DNA from: Armatimonadota bacterium
Lineage (GTDB): Bacteria > Armatimonadota > HRBIN16
Length of the DNA: 64,000 bases
Assembly: GCA_963677485.1 (NCBI GenBank)
Contig: OY781964.1
Coordinates: 576,001-640,000, forward strand
Direction: 5' to 3'
Positions 9,377 to 20,055 of this stretch are shown in pieces. How positions within the stretch are numbered: position 1 is the stretch's first letter; each line of letters starts with the position of its first letter. Below the pieces are notes generated by a model. The model was not told the DNA's origin and ran no database searches. It saw only the letters and a list, made by a program, of their open reading frames with translations. Made by a program: the position numbers and the translations under genes.

Positions 9377-11976
9377 TTGAAGTATCTTGGCTGCGTGTTA
9401 CTGATTTGCGTGATGGCGTCTGTGAGCAAAGGTGGTGTGATGGCTGCGAATACCAACCCGTCGGCTCCATTCATCAACTCCTGGCTGGTGATTGGCACGT
9501 TTGAGAATGACACATCGAACTCAGGTTTCGATACTGACATCGTTGGTGAATCGCAAATCGCACCGAGTGCTCAGATGGTCACTGCGGGGAAAACATGGCG
9601 GTATTTCGACGACCGCCTGTTTAGCCGCAACTACGACGACTACCAGGACCTATTCAGCTACTTCAAAACCAAGAGACATGAGTCGGTGGCCGCCAGGGTG
9701 GCCTACGCCCATGTGTATGTTTACACTCCCAGGCCTCAGCAGGGCGAGTTACGCCTTGGCGCGAACAATGAAGTCAAGGCATGGGTGAACGGCAAACTGG
9801 TCGCGTCATCGGACGTTCCAACGCCCTATCGTGACACACTGAAGTCTGTAATCACACTAGACACCGGCTGGAACCGGCTGTTACTCAAAATCGTCAACAA
9901 GCAAAATGGACGGTTTGGGTTCTACGCCAGAATCTGTGACGTCAACGGAAAGGCCTTGTCCAACCTCACCTACAGCCCAGGCGGCGGATCTGGCACCCTT
10001 GCGATCTGCACGCAGGCGATGAATGATATCGGGTCGGCTACCATGCCCGCCGCATTCCGGGAGTGGCCATATGTCGAGGCTGATCCAGTGAATGCGGTGA
10101 GCAAGCGAAATCAGCAGCTCATCAGCGGCCACACGGACATCGTGCTCCACGCCTCGCCCTTCCAGTTTACGGCTCAGGGCGGCACCCCACCATATAGATG
10201 GCGTCTGCTCTCCGGTAGTCTGCCACCCTGTCTACGTCTGGGTAAAGACGGCACCATATCTGGTACGGCAGCATATGATGCCAAGCTGGTGAACTATGAG
10301 TTCAAGCTTCAGGTTACCGACGCCAATGGTCACGTGGCCTCACGAATTCTGACCATCAAACTGAATGAACGTCCCAATAGATGGTATGAAGCTGCGAAGC
10401 TGGTGGGACTGATTCACGGCCCCGAGAAAGTGGCCGATGACCAGATCCCCCGATTGGCCAGCCTCATGAAATCCGAAGGTTACGGTGTGGGTATCCCCAT
10501 ATCCTACGACAACGGTGACTTTGAATTCCGCTGGCCTTCGAGCTTCGACCCTGGCCGCGCAGATACCATCGGAAAGTACAAAGCGGCACTGGAAGCGCAC
10601 GGCCTGAAGTTCGGCATGTATATGGGCAACATCGCAGGACCCAACGTGAGAACCAACAACGGGATTCTGATGGTGGAAGAGGCGATGCGCAGATACCATC
10701 CCAAGGTGCTGTGGTTTGACTGGGGGGCGGATGTTTCGGGCTATGAATCGATCGATGCCCTCTACTCGATGGTGAAGAGCATCGACCCTGAGACGGTGAT
10801 CGTTAAGAACGGCTTTCAATTGCTCTACCATGGCGACTGGGATGTGCTCAGCCTTGAAGGTTTCTGGGCCTGGGGCAAGTATTACTGGAGCATCTGGCCC
10901 AGTGAGCTGGCCTGGCCGAAAAAGAGCGTGGTCGAAAGCTGGCGTCTGATCACGGATCCAAATGGGAGTCTGCCAAAGATATCAACCCCGATTGGAAGAT
11001 GTATATGCGGGTCGTCATCTCGATGATCGGTGAAGGCCAGGTCGCCAACCTCGACCACAGTGCCACGCTGGTATCCGGCCTGGAACGCGATGGGGTGCTG
11101 CACAAACTTGAGGAATCGCCAATTTCGGTCGCTCATTTCAACATGGCGGCATGGGCGAACCCTGCAGGTATGCCATCGCTTACCGAATCCTACACCCAGG
11201 TGGATCAGGGTCCACTGGATGGCAGTACATATGGTTACAACACCATTAACATGAGTCGCGACGCCATCTACATCCATATGCTCAAGAACCCGTTTGGCAG
11301 AACCGGCATGCCGACTAATAGCACACTAACGCTCACCAGATGCAAACAAAAAGTGAAGAGTGTGGTCTGGATGAACGGCAACCAGCCATTGAAGTTCGTG
11401 CAGACCGGCGGGAAGATCAGCATCAACCTGACGGGTGTGGCCGCCGACGAGATCGACACGATTTTGAAGATCAACATTCAAGCCGCGCATCCGCATGTTG
11501 CACTGAAGCCTTTTGTGCCCGCGCCTGTGGCGGTGGAGCCGCTGCTGCCGGCAGGGAACCTGGCCTATTGCAAGCCGGCGAAGCTACTCAGCAACGATGG
11601 CATCACCGAACTGGAAGCCAGCAGCGGCACATCCGAAGCGAGATGCGGTGTGGATGGCGACCCCGACACTGTGGCGCAGGGAGCCTGGGAGTGGGCCTGG
11701 ACATACCAGCTCGATCTATTGAAGAGCTACACCCTCCGCACAGTGCGGATACAGTTCGCGAAGACATGCTGGGCGACCGACTACAAGCTCTTGCTGTCAA
11801 AAGACGGCAAGGCTTGGAAAGAGGCTGCTCACATCACGGACGGCAAAGGCGGCACCGTGGTCCATGATCAGGACGGCATTTCAGCCCGCTATATACGGAT
11901 CACCGCATTGAAGCCTGATGGGCCCGGTCAGGAAGGTGCCCAAATGGGCATCGCAGAGTTTCAGGCTTACGAGTAG
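9377..11976 (+). pseudogene. Secreted multidomain glycoside hydrolase (GH29/alpha-fucosidase-like, with Ig-like and F5/8-type domains), frameshifted near 10960
   Basis: Signal peptide, Ig-like GGTPPY...LP..L.L, catalytic-like VLWFDW, C-terminal discoidin (VDGD..T, ARYIRI). ORFs 9341..11026 and 10999..11976 join by a -1 shift (…ITDP/KWESAKDINPDWKMYMR…). Confidence 0.7.
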
Positions 11977-11988
11977 ACGCCCCACTTG

Positions 11989-12017
11989 CTGGTAGTGCCC
12001 GTTCACGGCACTACCAG
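11989..12017. terminator. Hairpin between convergent genes
   Basis: CTGGTAGTGCC-CGTTCAC-GGCACTACCAG, an 11-bp stem overlapping the hydrolase stop codon. Confidence 0.55.
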
Positions 12018-13552
12018 TCGTTTTGCAGCAGCCACAGGATACTGCCTATGGTCACAGGCTCATCGTCAAAGCCGCCATGGCAGGTCGATTTTGTGCTGGC
12101 TCCATCACCGCCGTCTACCTCTGACCAGACCATGCGATGCGAAGCGGCACTGAAGAAACCTCGAGCCCACTCCACGCCAGGATAGTGCGCGGCATCATAA
12201 CAGGCGGCGCGCACATAGTATCTCTGCATACCCAATAGTGGCTTGTCGCTTTCGTCCTCCAAAACACCTGAGACGAAGTAGAGCAGTGAGCTGGGGTATA
12301 CCACCCTGGCTATCGGTCCTATCACATCCTTAGCCATCGCGTCGGCCAGTTCGAGGGGGTCCTTCATCCCAAACAGGCGCACGCTGCCGACCTGGGCTGA
12401 GCATGTGGTCATCGCCCTCTTGAATTCATCGAAGCTGACGGCTGGTGCCAGTAGAATGATGTCAAACTTAACCTCGGCGGGAAGCACATTTTGAGCGGCC
12501 TTGAGGAAGTTGCAGATATAGATCGCACCTGTCGAGTGGCCCACAAGCGTGATCTTCGGTGCCTCTAGGCCGTCCTCTATGTGTTTCGCCAACCGGGACA
12601 GAAACTCACTGCCGCCAGGCTCCTGCCCGGGCACCACAACATCGGAAAAGGCGTCTGCCGTATCTTTCTTCATCTGGTCCCATAGAAGCTGTTTGCCAAT
12701 CTTGGCCACATAATAGGCTTTGTAAACCTCTTCGACTACCGTGGCATACAGCTTGTGGTCACGCCCTTTCAGATAGCGTTTGACCACCTCCAACAAAATC
12801 ATGGCGATCATTCCTATCGCACCCTGCAGCGACTTCTGCGGGATACCCTCAACACGAGACACACCCTTCAGCTCATCCAGAGTGTCGCGGTCCATCAAGC
12901 TCATATCGGGGCTCCAGGCCTCCCCTTCCAACAGCTTTCTGCTCTCATCTCTCGGGGTCAACCTGGCCAGCGCATCTTGAAACCGCTGGTCCTGTGCAAG
13001 GTCCTGCTCGATGAAGTCCATATCATCGGCGGTGAGTTCCGCTACGGAATCCGTGGGTTTGCCTGACGGCAGTATATCAAAGTCTTGCGAAGGCGGTTCG
13101 GCCAGCTCGTAGGCGAACCATCTGTCGATTTGGGTGGCGACCTGCTCGCTGTCGATCTGCATCGTCTCAGGCCTCAGGCCATCGGGTACCCCGAGCTTTC
13201 GTTTCGTGTACTCGGACACCTTGCGGATCAGTTCATGGAAGATGCTTTCGCTGGCGATGTCGTGCAGGTTGTTACACACCGTCTCCCACGGACCGGATTC
13301 CCAGACGAAGAACACCGGATAGGCCTTTGATTCAGAGTAGGGTTTTGTGAGCCCGTCCACAATCTTCTGGCCCAACTGATAGGAAACCAGCCCTCCATGA
13401 AAGTGGATCACCATGCGCTCAAGTCCGCTCTCCGAGTAGTTCTTGAGAAGCGCATCGATGTCTTCCGCCTGGGTGTCCGTCTTACTGGAGAACTTACCAT
13501 CCTCAAGATGGATGCAGTGCAACTTATCTAGCTTATCGCCCATAATCATCAT
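12011..13552 (-). CDS. Alpha/beta-hydrolase-fold protein
   Basis: HFHGGL oxyanion-like motif, nucleophile elbow VGHSTG, LLAPA and a C-terminal HGGFD; AGGAGG upstream. Confidence 0.8.
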   Translation of the reverse strand: MMIMGDKLDKLHCIHLEDGKFSSKTDTQAEDIDALLKNYSESGLERMVIHFHGGLVSYQLGQKIVDGLTKPYSESKAYPVFFVWESGPWETVCNNLHDIASESIFHELIRKVSEYTKRKLGVPDGLRPETMQIDSEQVATQIDRWFAYELAEPPSQDFDILPSGKPTDSVAELTADDMDFIEQDLAQDQRFQDALARLTPRDESRKLLEGEAWSPDMSLMDRDTLDELKGVSRVEGIPQKSLQGAIGMIAMILLEVVKRYLKGRDHKLYATVVEEVYKAYYVAKIGKQLLWDQMKKDTADAFSDVVVPGQEPGGSEFLSRLAKHIEDGLEAPKITLVGHSTGAIYICNFLKAAQNVLPAEVKFDIILLAPAVSFDEFKRAMTTCSAQVGSVRLFGMKDPLELADAMAKDVIGPIARVVYPSSLLYFVSGVLEDESDKPLLGMQRYYVRAACYDAAHYPGVEWARGFFSAASHRMVWSEVDGGDGASTKSTCHGGFDDEPVTIGSILWLLQNDW

Positions 13553-13913
13553 TACCTCCTTCCCATTTTACCTGTAGTCGACCGGCTGTAGTCATATTAC
13601 CCGTTTTCTACGCAGGCGCAGGCTGGCATTATTACGGGATTCGGGTTTTGTGGGGCAGACGTGGGGCGGAAGGTGGGGGCATGTGAACGCTGGATGTGGT
13701 GAGCGGGTTAGGCGAGATTGTGGATCCACGGTTCCGCGAACGACTATGTAGTGTCAATGTGTGCGTCATCCTGAGCGCGGCAGTTCTGCTATTTTTGGGT
13801 TTGAACAAATGGCCAGGGATTGCTTAAAACAGATCGGAAGTAGAGAGTCAATCAATATTCAAACCTTTGCTTGTATGGCTGTTCGCATATTCATATCCGG
13901 TTGTATAGGTACA

Positions 13914-16853
13914 TCACTGTAGCCTCGGATTTTGCTCGATAGGAAATCCAGGAGGCGTTGGTTTGAATTTACTAGATTCACGCTGAGCTTCAAAATCCCA
14001 TTTTTGAAATTGCCTAAGGGACTGAATGTCAATGGTGGTTGCTAGGAAGGTCGTATTATCTCCCCCTTTTATTGTTACCATGTCCATAGATTCTGTTCGT
14101 GTGGGCTGCAAAATTCTCGTATCACCGTATTTTGATGTATTTGCTTGCGCTATATAGCAATGCAAGTCTCGTACTGTTGACTCAACGATATTCGAAAAAT
14201 AATTAACATCGCGGTTCAATTCCGTTACAATTAACAAGTCGATTAGGCCCTTGAATTTACATCGGTCTGCTATATCTGCTAATTCATAACAATCAAATAA
14301 AGTGAAATATATGCCATGCCAATGCAGAAGCCAGTAATTCTCTTGAATGGTGGGAACCATCAGTCGATATTTGTGCTTAATGTCAAATACTTCAGCCGGT
14401 GCATAATGCCTTTTAAGACGATATACAGGAATACATGACCTATAACCTGATTCATCTTTGAATGGCATCAATGCAATTACTTCATTCCACACATATGTCT
14501 GTTCAACTCTGTATTCCAAGCCACCAACTAATCCGATTTGCTCTTTACGAGACCATGCATTTAGCGTTGGTAACCATGTTCGTGGAATGCTAAGCTCTGG
14601 AAAAACCACCACATCAATCCTATCGCCACTATGGTAGCGATACGACGATATCTGATTGAGTAACTTGTTTAGTTCTTTCAATCTGGTTTTGAATAACGTA
14701 TGATGATTGGACAGGCAGGTTAAAACTTCTTCATCATTCACATGCAGATTGACTATTGCTATGTTGATATTTTTAGGGGTTTTGTCTTTGTCCATGGAGA
14801 TAACACTGTATGATTCATGCTGGTTATCGGTGTGCGCATGCAGATATTTATACTTATGGATTTTTTCGTATGTGTCATGAGCGTACTGGTAAAGATCGAA
14901 GGTAATATTACTTTCTGATTGACAGCCTATTGATAGCCTTTGCATCTCGCGTCCAAAATGTACTAGTTCTTCAAAATGAATATACCTAGGCGTGTAATCA
15001 AGCTTAGTTTGGTTGAGTATGTTGATAGTCGGTATACCGTCGCCAATCAGTGATCCATCATAATCTGTATAGTTTAGTAGAGGACATCGAACATAGTGGT
15101 GTCGGATCATGTTAGATTTACGAAAATATTCCGCTATGGTCGTAGGGACCGCAGGAACAATGGCAGCCAATCCATATGCCATTGCTTCACAATGATTGAG
15201 GTGATGTAGTAAAAATGTGCTCACATTTGTAGCGATTGATTCATTTTTTATATGATCTATTTTACTAATTTCTTTGTGTATTAGGTCGGTAAACATTTTT
15301 AACGCGTTACGGTCATCTATTACGATGAAGAGCGTAATCACCTTTTCCCACAGATCGTAAAACTCAATGGAATTAGCCCCTTTAAAAAATGTTATAATGC
15401 CTCTTATTGAAGTTTGATCTGGTTTTTGGGAGGTATCCAAATAGAAACTGATTTGTTTGGCTAAATACACAGATACTTCATATCGATTTTCGCATATGCC
15501 TGTTACACTGCGGAACTTATTTTTAGATCCGTTGTACAACAAATCATATGCTGCCTCTTCCATAGATCGATCATCTTCATCAAGAGGTAATAACCTGAAT
15601 GCACTGGCATTGGCTTCAAGCTGCTGTTTGAATTTATTAAGCCCTGCAGAGGAGTAGTTTGCGTCGAAATATTGAACAACGAACTTGCTTGGCTGGAGCT
15701 TGATATTTCGATGTTTGGTTAAATGTAGAGATTTATTGCCGTCGCCATCATTACCTTAAAATACACCGCTGTGAAGCAGAATATCGTTTACTCTGTTACA
15801 GATTCCTAATGTGCTTGGGTCGTCTAGTGGGGGTAGCGAAAAAACCAATAGGATGTCATCTATATACCTGCCATAATACGCAGGCATGAGGTTGTGTAGA
15901 ATATCATTATCAAACTCTTTGAGGTACCAGTTGGCGAATATCGGTGAGCTTGGTAACCCGATGGGTAGCAAGCCAGCAAATTCTACATTATAAAATGTTT
16001 CTATGTCGACCTTAGCGACTTCCGAATATGCCTCATGTATAGCATTAACTAAATCGATTAGTCCACAAGTATCGGTATTTTTGGAACAACTTTCATCAAG
16101 CGCAGCTGTTCGCAAGGTCGCAATGATGTTTTTAAGTTTGGTAAAGTCCACATCAACATTATAGAAAAACTTCTCAATGTCGAGGCCAACGATGATGACA
16201 CTTTTTCGATCTTGTGATAATAATGACTGTGCTTTACTTATACCATTATCCCGCCAGTTTGAGTACAGTGGATGGTAGTTCCTGAATAATTTAGTTGAAT
16301 CATCATTATTCCCTAGACACTTGTCAAGTCGTGAACCATAGCATACCATCTCTGGTTCATCCAATAGATGATCTAGGAGAAATCCTTCCTCCATGATCCA
16401 TAAAACGCAAATGATATATAGTTCAATCGGTCCATCAAAGAAAAAATTAACATTATCGATGGCGTATGATTTGTCAGGATGCCGATTGCTGATACATTTC
16501 GGTTCATCTTTATCTTTAGTCCCACGATCTATGTCACCTTTGCTTTCCGTTGAATCTACAATATCTAGTCTATCTTCGCCATCATTCCCTGTGTCTATAC
16601 TTCTTACATTGCTTTTAGGAACAACCAAATATCGTATTTTCTCAAGCCAATCTATAAAACGCTGGTTCTTATTTGGATTCGATGAGTGCAGCACGCTATA
16701 GACATTCTTTAGCCTTATTTGAAGAGTTCCTTCGGTATCATCTATCTCAAATCTAGCTAGTTTCTCACGTAAATAAAGATTAGATTTTTCATAATAAACA
16801 AATTGCTTAAGCTTTTTATATGCTTGAATAACTCTATCTTGAGTAACTGACAA
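13914..16853 (-). pseudogene. Reverse transcriptase-nitrilase fusion (DRT1/UG1-UG5-like anti-phage RT) interrupted by one in-frame TAA at 15756-15758
   Basis: RT motifs DIEKFFYNVD, LPIGLPSSPIFANWYL and YGRYIDD; nitrilase triad FPE, RLKRHY and DCYE. The 64 codons between the TAA and ATG 15563 are open and in frame. TTG start at 16853 after AAGGAG. Confidence 0.85.
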
Positions 16854-17069
16854 ATGAAACTCCTTTTGGCTGCCACAAAATCGACAGCACAATCGTATTG
16901 ATCACATAGTTTTCATGTTTATCGATCTTATTGGCTCAGCCATGAACTCCTTACCATGACAGCCAGCATAGTCTAGGTTTCTCATAGATGATATACCTAA
17001 TGGTAGATAAACTAATGCCCTGACCGTTGGCTTAAGCTGTCATCGTTATAAACATGAGTCGATCCCTCC

Positions 17070-17387
17070 TTAGGCCGCATAGAGCTCCCGCCCTTCCGCA
17101 AGCACGGTGCGGTATATCAAGCCGATGTTATCCTTGTGCCGTTCCAGAAGCGAGGGTATTGTGACCAAGACGTCTACAGCGAATGGAATGCCGAAAAGCT
17201 TCGTATGGATATACCCAGCCACACCACGACGGTCGGTACCTTCGGGCATGACGACCAGCATGTCAATGTCGCTGTCCGCATCCATCTCACCACGAGCAGC
17301 CGAACCGAATAGAATGATGCGCTCGGGATGGACGGCATCAACTATTCGCTGCACTATCTGGTCTAGCTGGTCTTCTGTAGGGTTCAT
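17070..17387 (-). CDS. Minimal nucleotidyltransferase (MNT, HEPN-MNT antitoxin-like)
   Basis: LFGSAARG...SDID signature; 105 aa. Confidence 0.9.
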   Translation of the reverse strand: MNPTEDQLDQIVQRIVDAVHPERIILFGSAARGEMDADSDIDMLVVMPEGTDRRGVAGYIHTKLFGIPFAVDVLVTIPSLLERHKDNIGLIYRTVLAEGRELYAA

Positions 17388-17666
17388 TCCAATCCTCCTT
17401 CGGCAAGGCTGGAAATCGATCTGTTATGTACCCTATTATGGCTGGCCCAGCCAGATTCGTCAAGTCACAATAAGCTCAATCCCATGCCCATTTTCAAACC
17501 TTTAGCAATCAACTGGCACATTTGACACCAGTGCGCACAAACCCACTTGACTTTGGGTTTCGATATCCTGCATAGTTATGTTATATGCGAACCTGCAAGC
17601 ACTGATATCCGTGGTAAAAACAGTCCTTATCTATAGTGGCAGCGGTCTACCGCATGAGGAGAGAAT

Positions 17667-18692
17667 ATGACTATCGACGAAAGTATTCATGGAAACACCA
17701 CAGTACTAAAGCTGCAAGGCAGAATTGACGCCACCAGTGTGTCGGATACGGAACAGCACCTCAAAGGCGCGTATGACAGAGGTGTTCGGCAGATGGTGCT
17801 TGACCTTTCGGGTGTGGACTACATCAGCAGTGCCGGTCTTCGCGTGCTGCTCACCTCGGCCCGTCGCCTGCAGCAGGGCAAAGGAAAGCTGGTCATCGCC
17901 ACACCGTCGGCTCAGGCAAAGCACATACTGGACATGGCCGGTTTCTCAGCCATCATCCCTGTCATCGATAGTATCGACGACGCGATCGGCAGTTATGCCC
18001 CGCCCAAAGAAAAGACGGCTTCCGAGCCGATGATGCTCAGCTTTGCGGAGGAAATCTACCTTCTCGCTCTGGACGACAAACAGGGTGACATCAAGTCGCT
18101 CCCCGCCTCCGCACTCGATTACGCCCTCTCAGGTGCGCTGCTGATGGAGCTCGCGATCAAAGACCGTATCGACACCGATCCCGAAGGCTTGAAGGTCACA
18201 TCGTCTGAACCAACCAAAGACCCCCTGCTGGACTACGCTCTGGAGAAAATGAAGCTACAGACGCATCTACAGCCAACCTCTGTGTGGCTCAACGACTTCG
18301 CAAACCGGGCTGAGCGTCTGCAGAAGCGGGTGTTAACACGGCTGATTGATAGGTCCATCCTGAAACAAGAAGACCGCAAAGTGCTCTGGGTGTTCAACGT
18401 GCGCCGGTATCCCATGCAAGACAACTGCGAAGTGAAAGAAGTGCGCGAGCGGTTACGCGACATCATCCTCAGCGGCGACATCCCCGACCCTCGCGACATC
18501 GTGCTGATCAGCCTCGGCAACGCTTGCGGCCTACTCGATGACCTCTTTTCTGAGGATGAAATTCCTACCGCCACCGCGCGCATTACCCTTCTTGAGAAGA
18601 TGGACCTGATCGGCCAGGAGACTACCATAGCCATCCATGAGATTCAAGATGCGCTGGCGTTGATGTCCACGCACATGATGTGGAGTATGTAG
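17667..18692 (+). CDS. STAS anti-sigma-factor antagonist fused to a GPP34/GOLPH3-like domain
   Basis: N-terminal DLSGVDYISSAGLRVL; C-terminal LSFAEEIYLLALDD..GALLMELA..RI..DPLLD. Confidence 0.8.
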   Translation: MTIDESIHGNTTVLKLQGRIDATSVSDTEQHLKGAYDRGVRQMVLDLSGVDYISSAGLRVLLTSARRLQQGKGKLVIATPSAQAKHILDMAGFSAIIPVIDSIDDAIGSYAPPKEKTASEPMMLSFAEEIYLLALDDKQGDIKSLPASALDYALSGALLMELAIKDRIDTDPEGLKVTSSEPTKDPLLDYALEKMKLQTHLQPTSVWLNDFANRAERLQKRVLTRLIDRSILKQEDRKVLWVFNVRRYPMQDNCEVKEVRERLRDIILSGDIPDPRDIVLISLGNACGLLDDLFSEDEIPTATARITLLEKMDLIGQETTIAIHEIQDALALMSTHMMWSM

Positions 18693-18803
18693 CCCAAACA
18701 CTCTACCAATGAAATCACGCGACCACCACTGACGTCATGAGGCGACCGCCAGTCTGCATCGCCTCATAATCGAGCAAGTCCATATTATGGAAAAACGGAG
18801 ATT

Positions 18804-19841
18804 ATGATTTTGACGAGTAAATTTCAGTGTAATAAATCCGCACGATTGTGCTTCTTAGCACTCGCCGTGGTCGCCACGGTATCCCTCTTAACGGCCGTCA
18901 CCGGCTGCGGTCGAAAAGCACCGAGCACCACTGCTACGGGCGAAAAAAGCTATCGAGTCGCCTTTGCCTCATTCGGTCCTGACGCAGCGGCGGACAATGC
19001 CATCAAGGGATATATCGACGGGCTGGCGGCCGAGGGCATCGTTGAAGGCAAGAACCTGACAGTGATACGCAAGCACGCGTTTGGCGAGATCAGCCAGCTC
19101 CCGCTGCTCATGCAGTCTCTGGAATCCCAAAACATCGACCTGATCGTGCCTATGTCCACACCCGGACTTCAGGCCGCATTCGGTGCGGTGAAGAAGACAC
19201 CCATGGTTTTCGTCTACACATATGATCCGCTGGGAGCCGGTGCGGGCAAGAGCCTCACCGACCATCTACCGAATGTCACAGGTGTCGGCTCCTTCCCCCC
19301 CATCGAAGGCACCATGGAAGTGATCCTCAAACTATATCCGAACATCAAGAAGGTTGGTACCATCTACAACGCATCGGAAGCTAACTCAGTCAAAGCGGTC
19401 AAGGTGGCGCGTGAAGTGCTGAAAGCCAAAGGAATTAGTCTGGAAGAGGTCACTGTGACCGGCACTGCGGACGTCCATATGGCGGCTCAGGCACTGATAT
19501 CCCGCAAACCTGAAGTGATATGGGTCACAGGTGACAACACGGTTCTGCAGGCTCTGGAAGGCGTGATCAAACCCGCCACTTCTGCCCATTTGCCGGTGAT
19601 CATGAATGACCCGGAGTTTGTGGACCGTGGCGCGCTGGCGGCGGTTGGCATCGGCTGGCACACCAGCGGTATGGCTGCCGGCAAGATGGCCGCCAAGGTG
19701 CTGCGCGGTGAGTCGCCTGACGGTATGCCCATCGTGGAGCTGGCGGAACGCAGCATCGTCATCAACCAGAAGGTCGCCAAAGAGCTGGGTGTCACCTTCC
19801 CGCCTGAGATAATCAAAGAAGCGGTTCAGCAGATTAAATAG
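18804..19841 (+). CDS. ABC transporter substrate-binding lipoprotein (ABC_sub_bind type)
   Basis: Lipobox LTAVTGC; NVTGV, IYNASEANS and DNTV. Confidence 0.85.
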   Translation: MILTSKFQCNKSARLCFLALAVVATVSLLTAVTGCGRKAPSTTATGEKSYRVAFASFGPDAAADNAIKGYIDGLAAEGIVEGKNLTVIRKHAFGEISQLPLLMQSLESQNIDLIVPMSTPGLQAAFGAVKKTPMVFVYTYDPLGAGAGKSLTDHLPNVTGVGSFPPIEGTMEVILKLYPNIKKVGTIYNASEANSVKAVKVAREVLKAKGISLEEVTVTGTADVHMAAQALISRKPEVIWVTGDNTVLQALEGVIKPATSAHLPVIMNDPEFVDRGALAAVGIGWHTSGMAAGKMAAKVLRGESPDGMPIVELAERSIVINQKVAKELGVTFPPEIIKEAVQQIK

Positions 19842-19861
19842 CCGCTCCGTATCAGCATCAC

Positions 19862-19911
19862 AAGCCGGGTTGAGTGAAGGCCAACCGTATTTGGCCCATT
19901 CAACTCGGCTT
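19862..19911 (+). terminator. Long hairpin after the substrate-binding protein gene
   Basis: AAGCCGGGTTGAGTG...CATTCAACTCGGCTT. Confidence 0.5.
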
Positions 19912-20055
19912 TGCAGGAACTAGATACATCAAAGGATAAATGTATAGTGGAAATGATCGCAGATTAGCAACAATCTATGATGCTCTATTCATACGCCTGT
20001 CAGACAGTAATAATCGTCTATCTATGGGAATTCCCGATTCGGAAGGACATTACCA

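Noticed and set aside
13553-17070. Retron, DGR or group II intron interpretation of the RT
   Set aside because: No msr/msd inverted repeats, no TR/VR pair and no intron domain V were seen; the nitrilase fusion points to the UG/DRT class.
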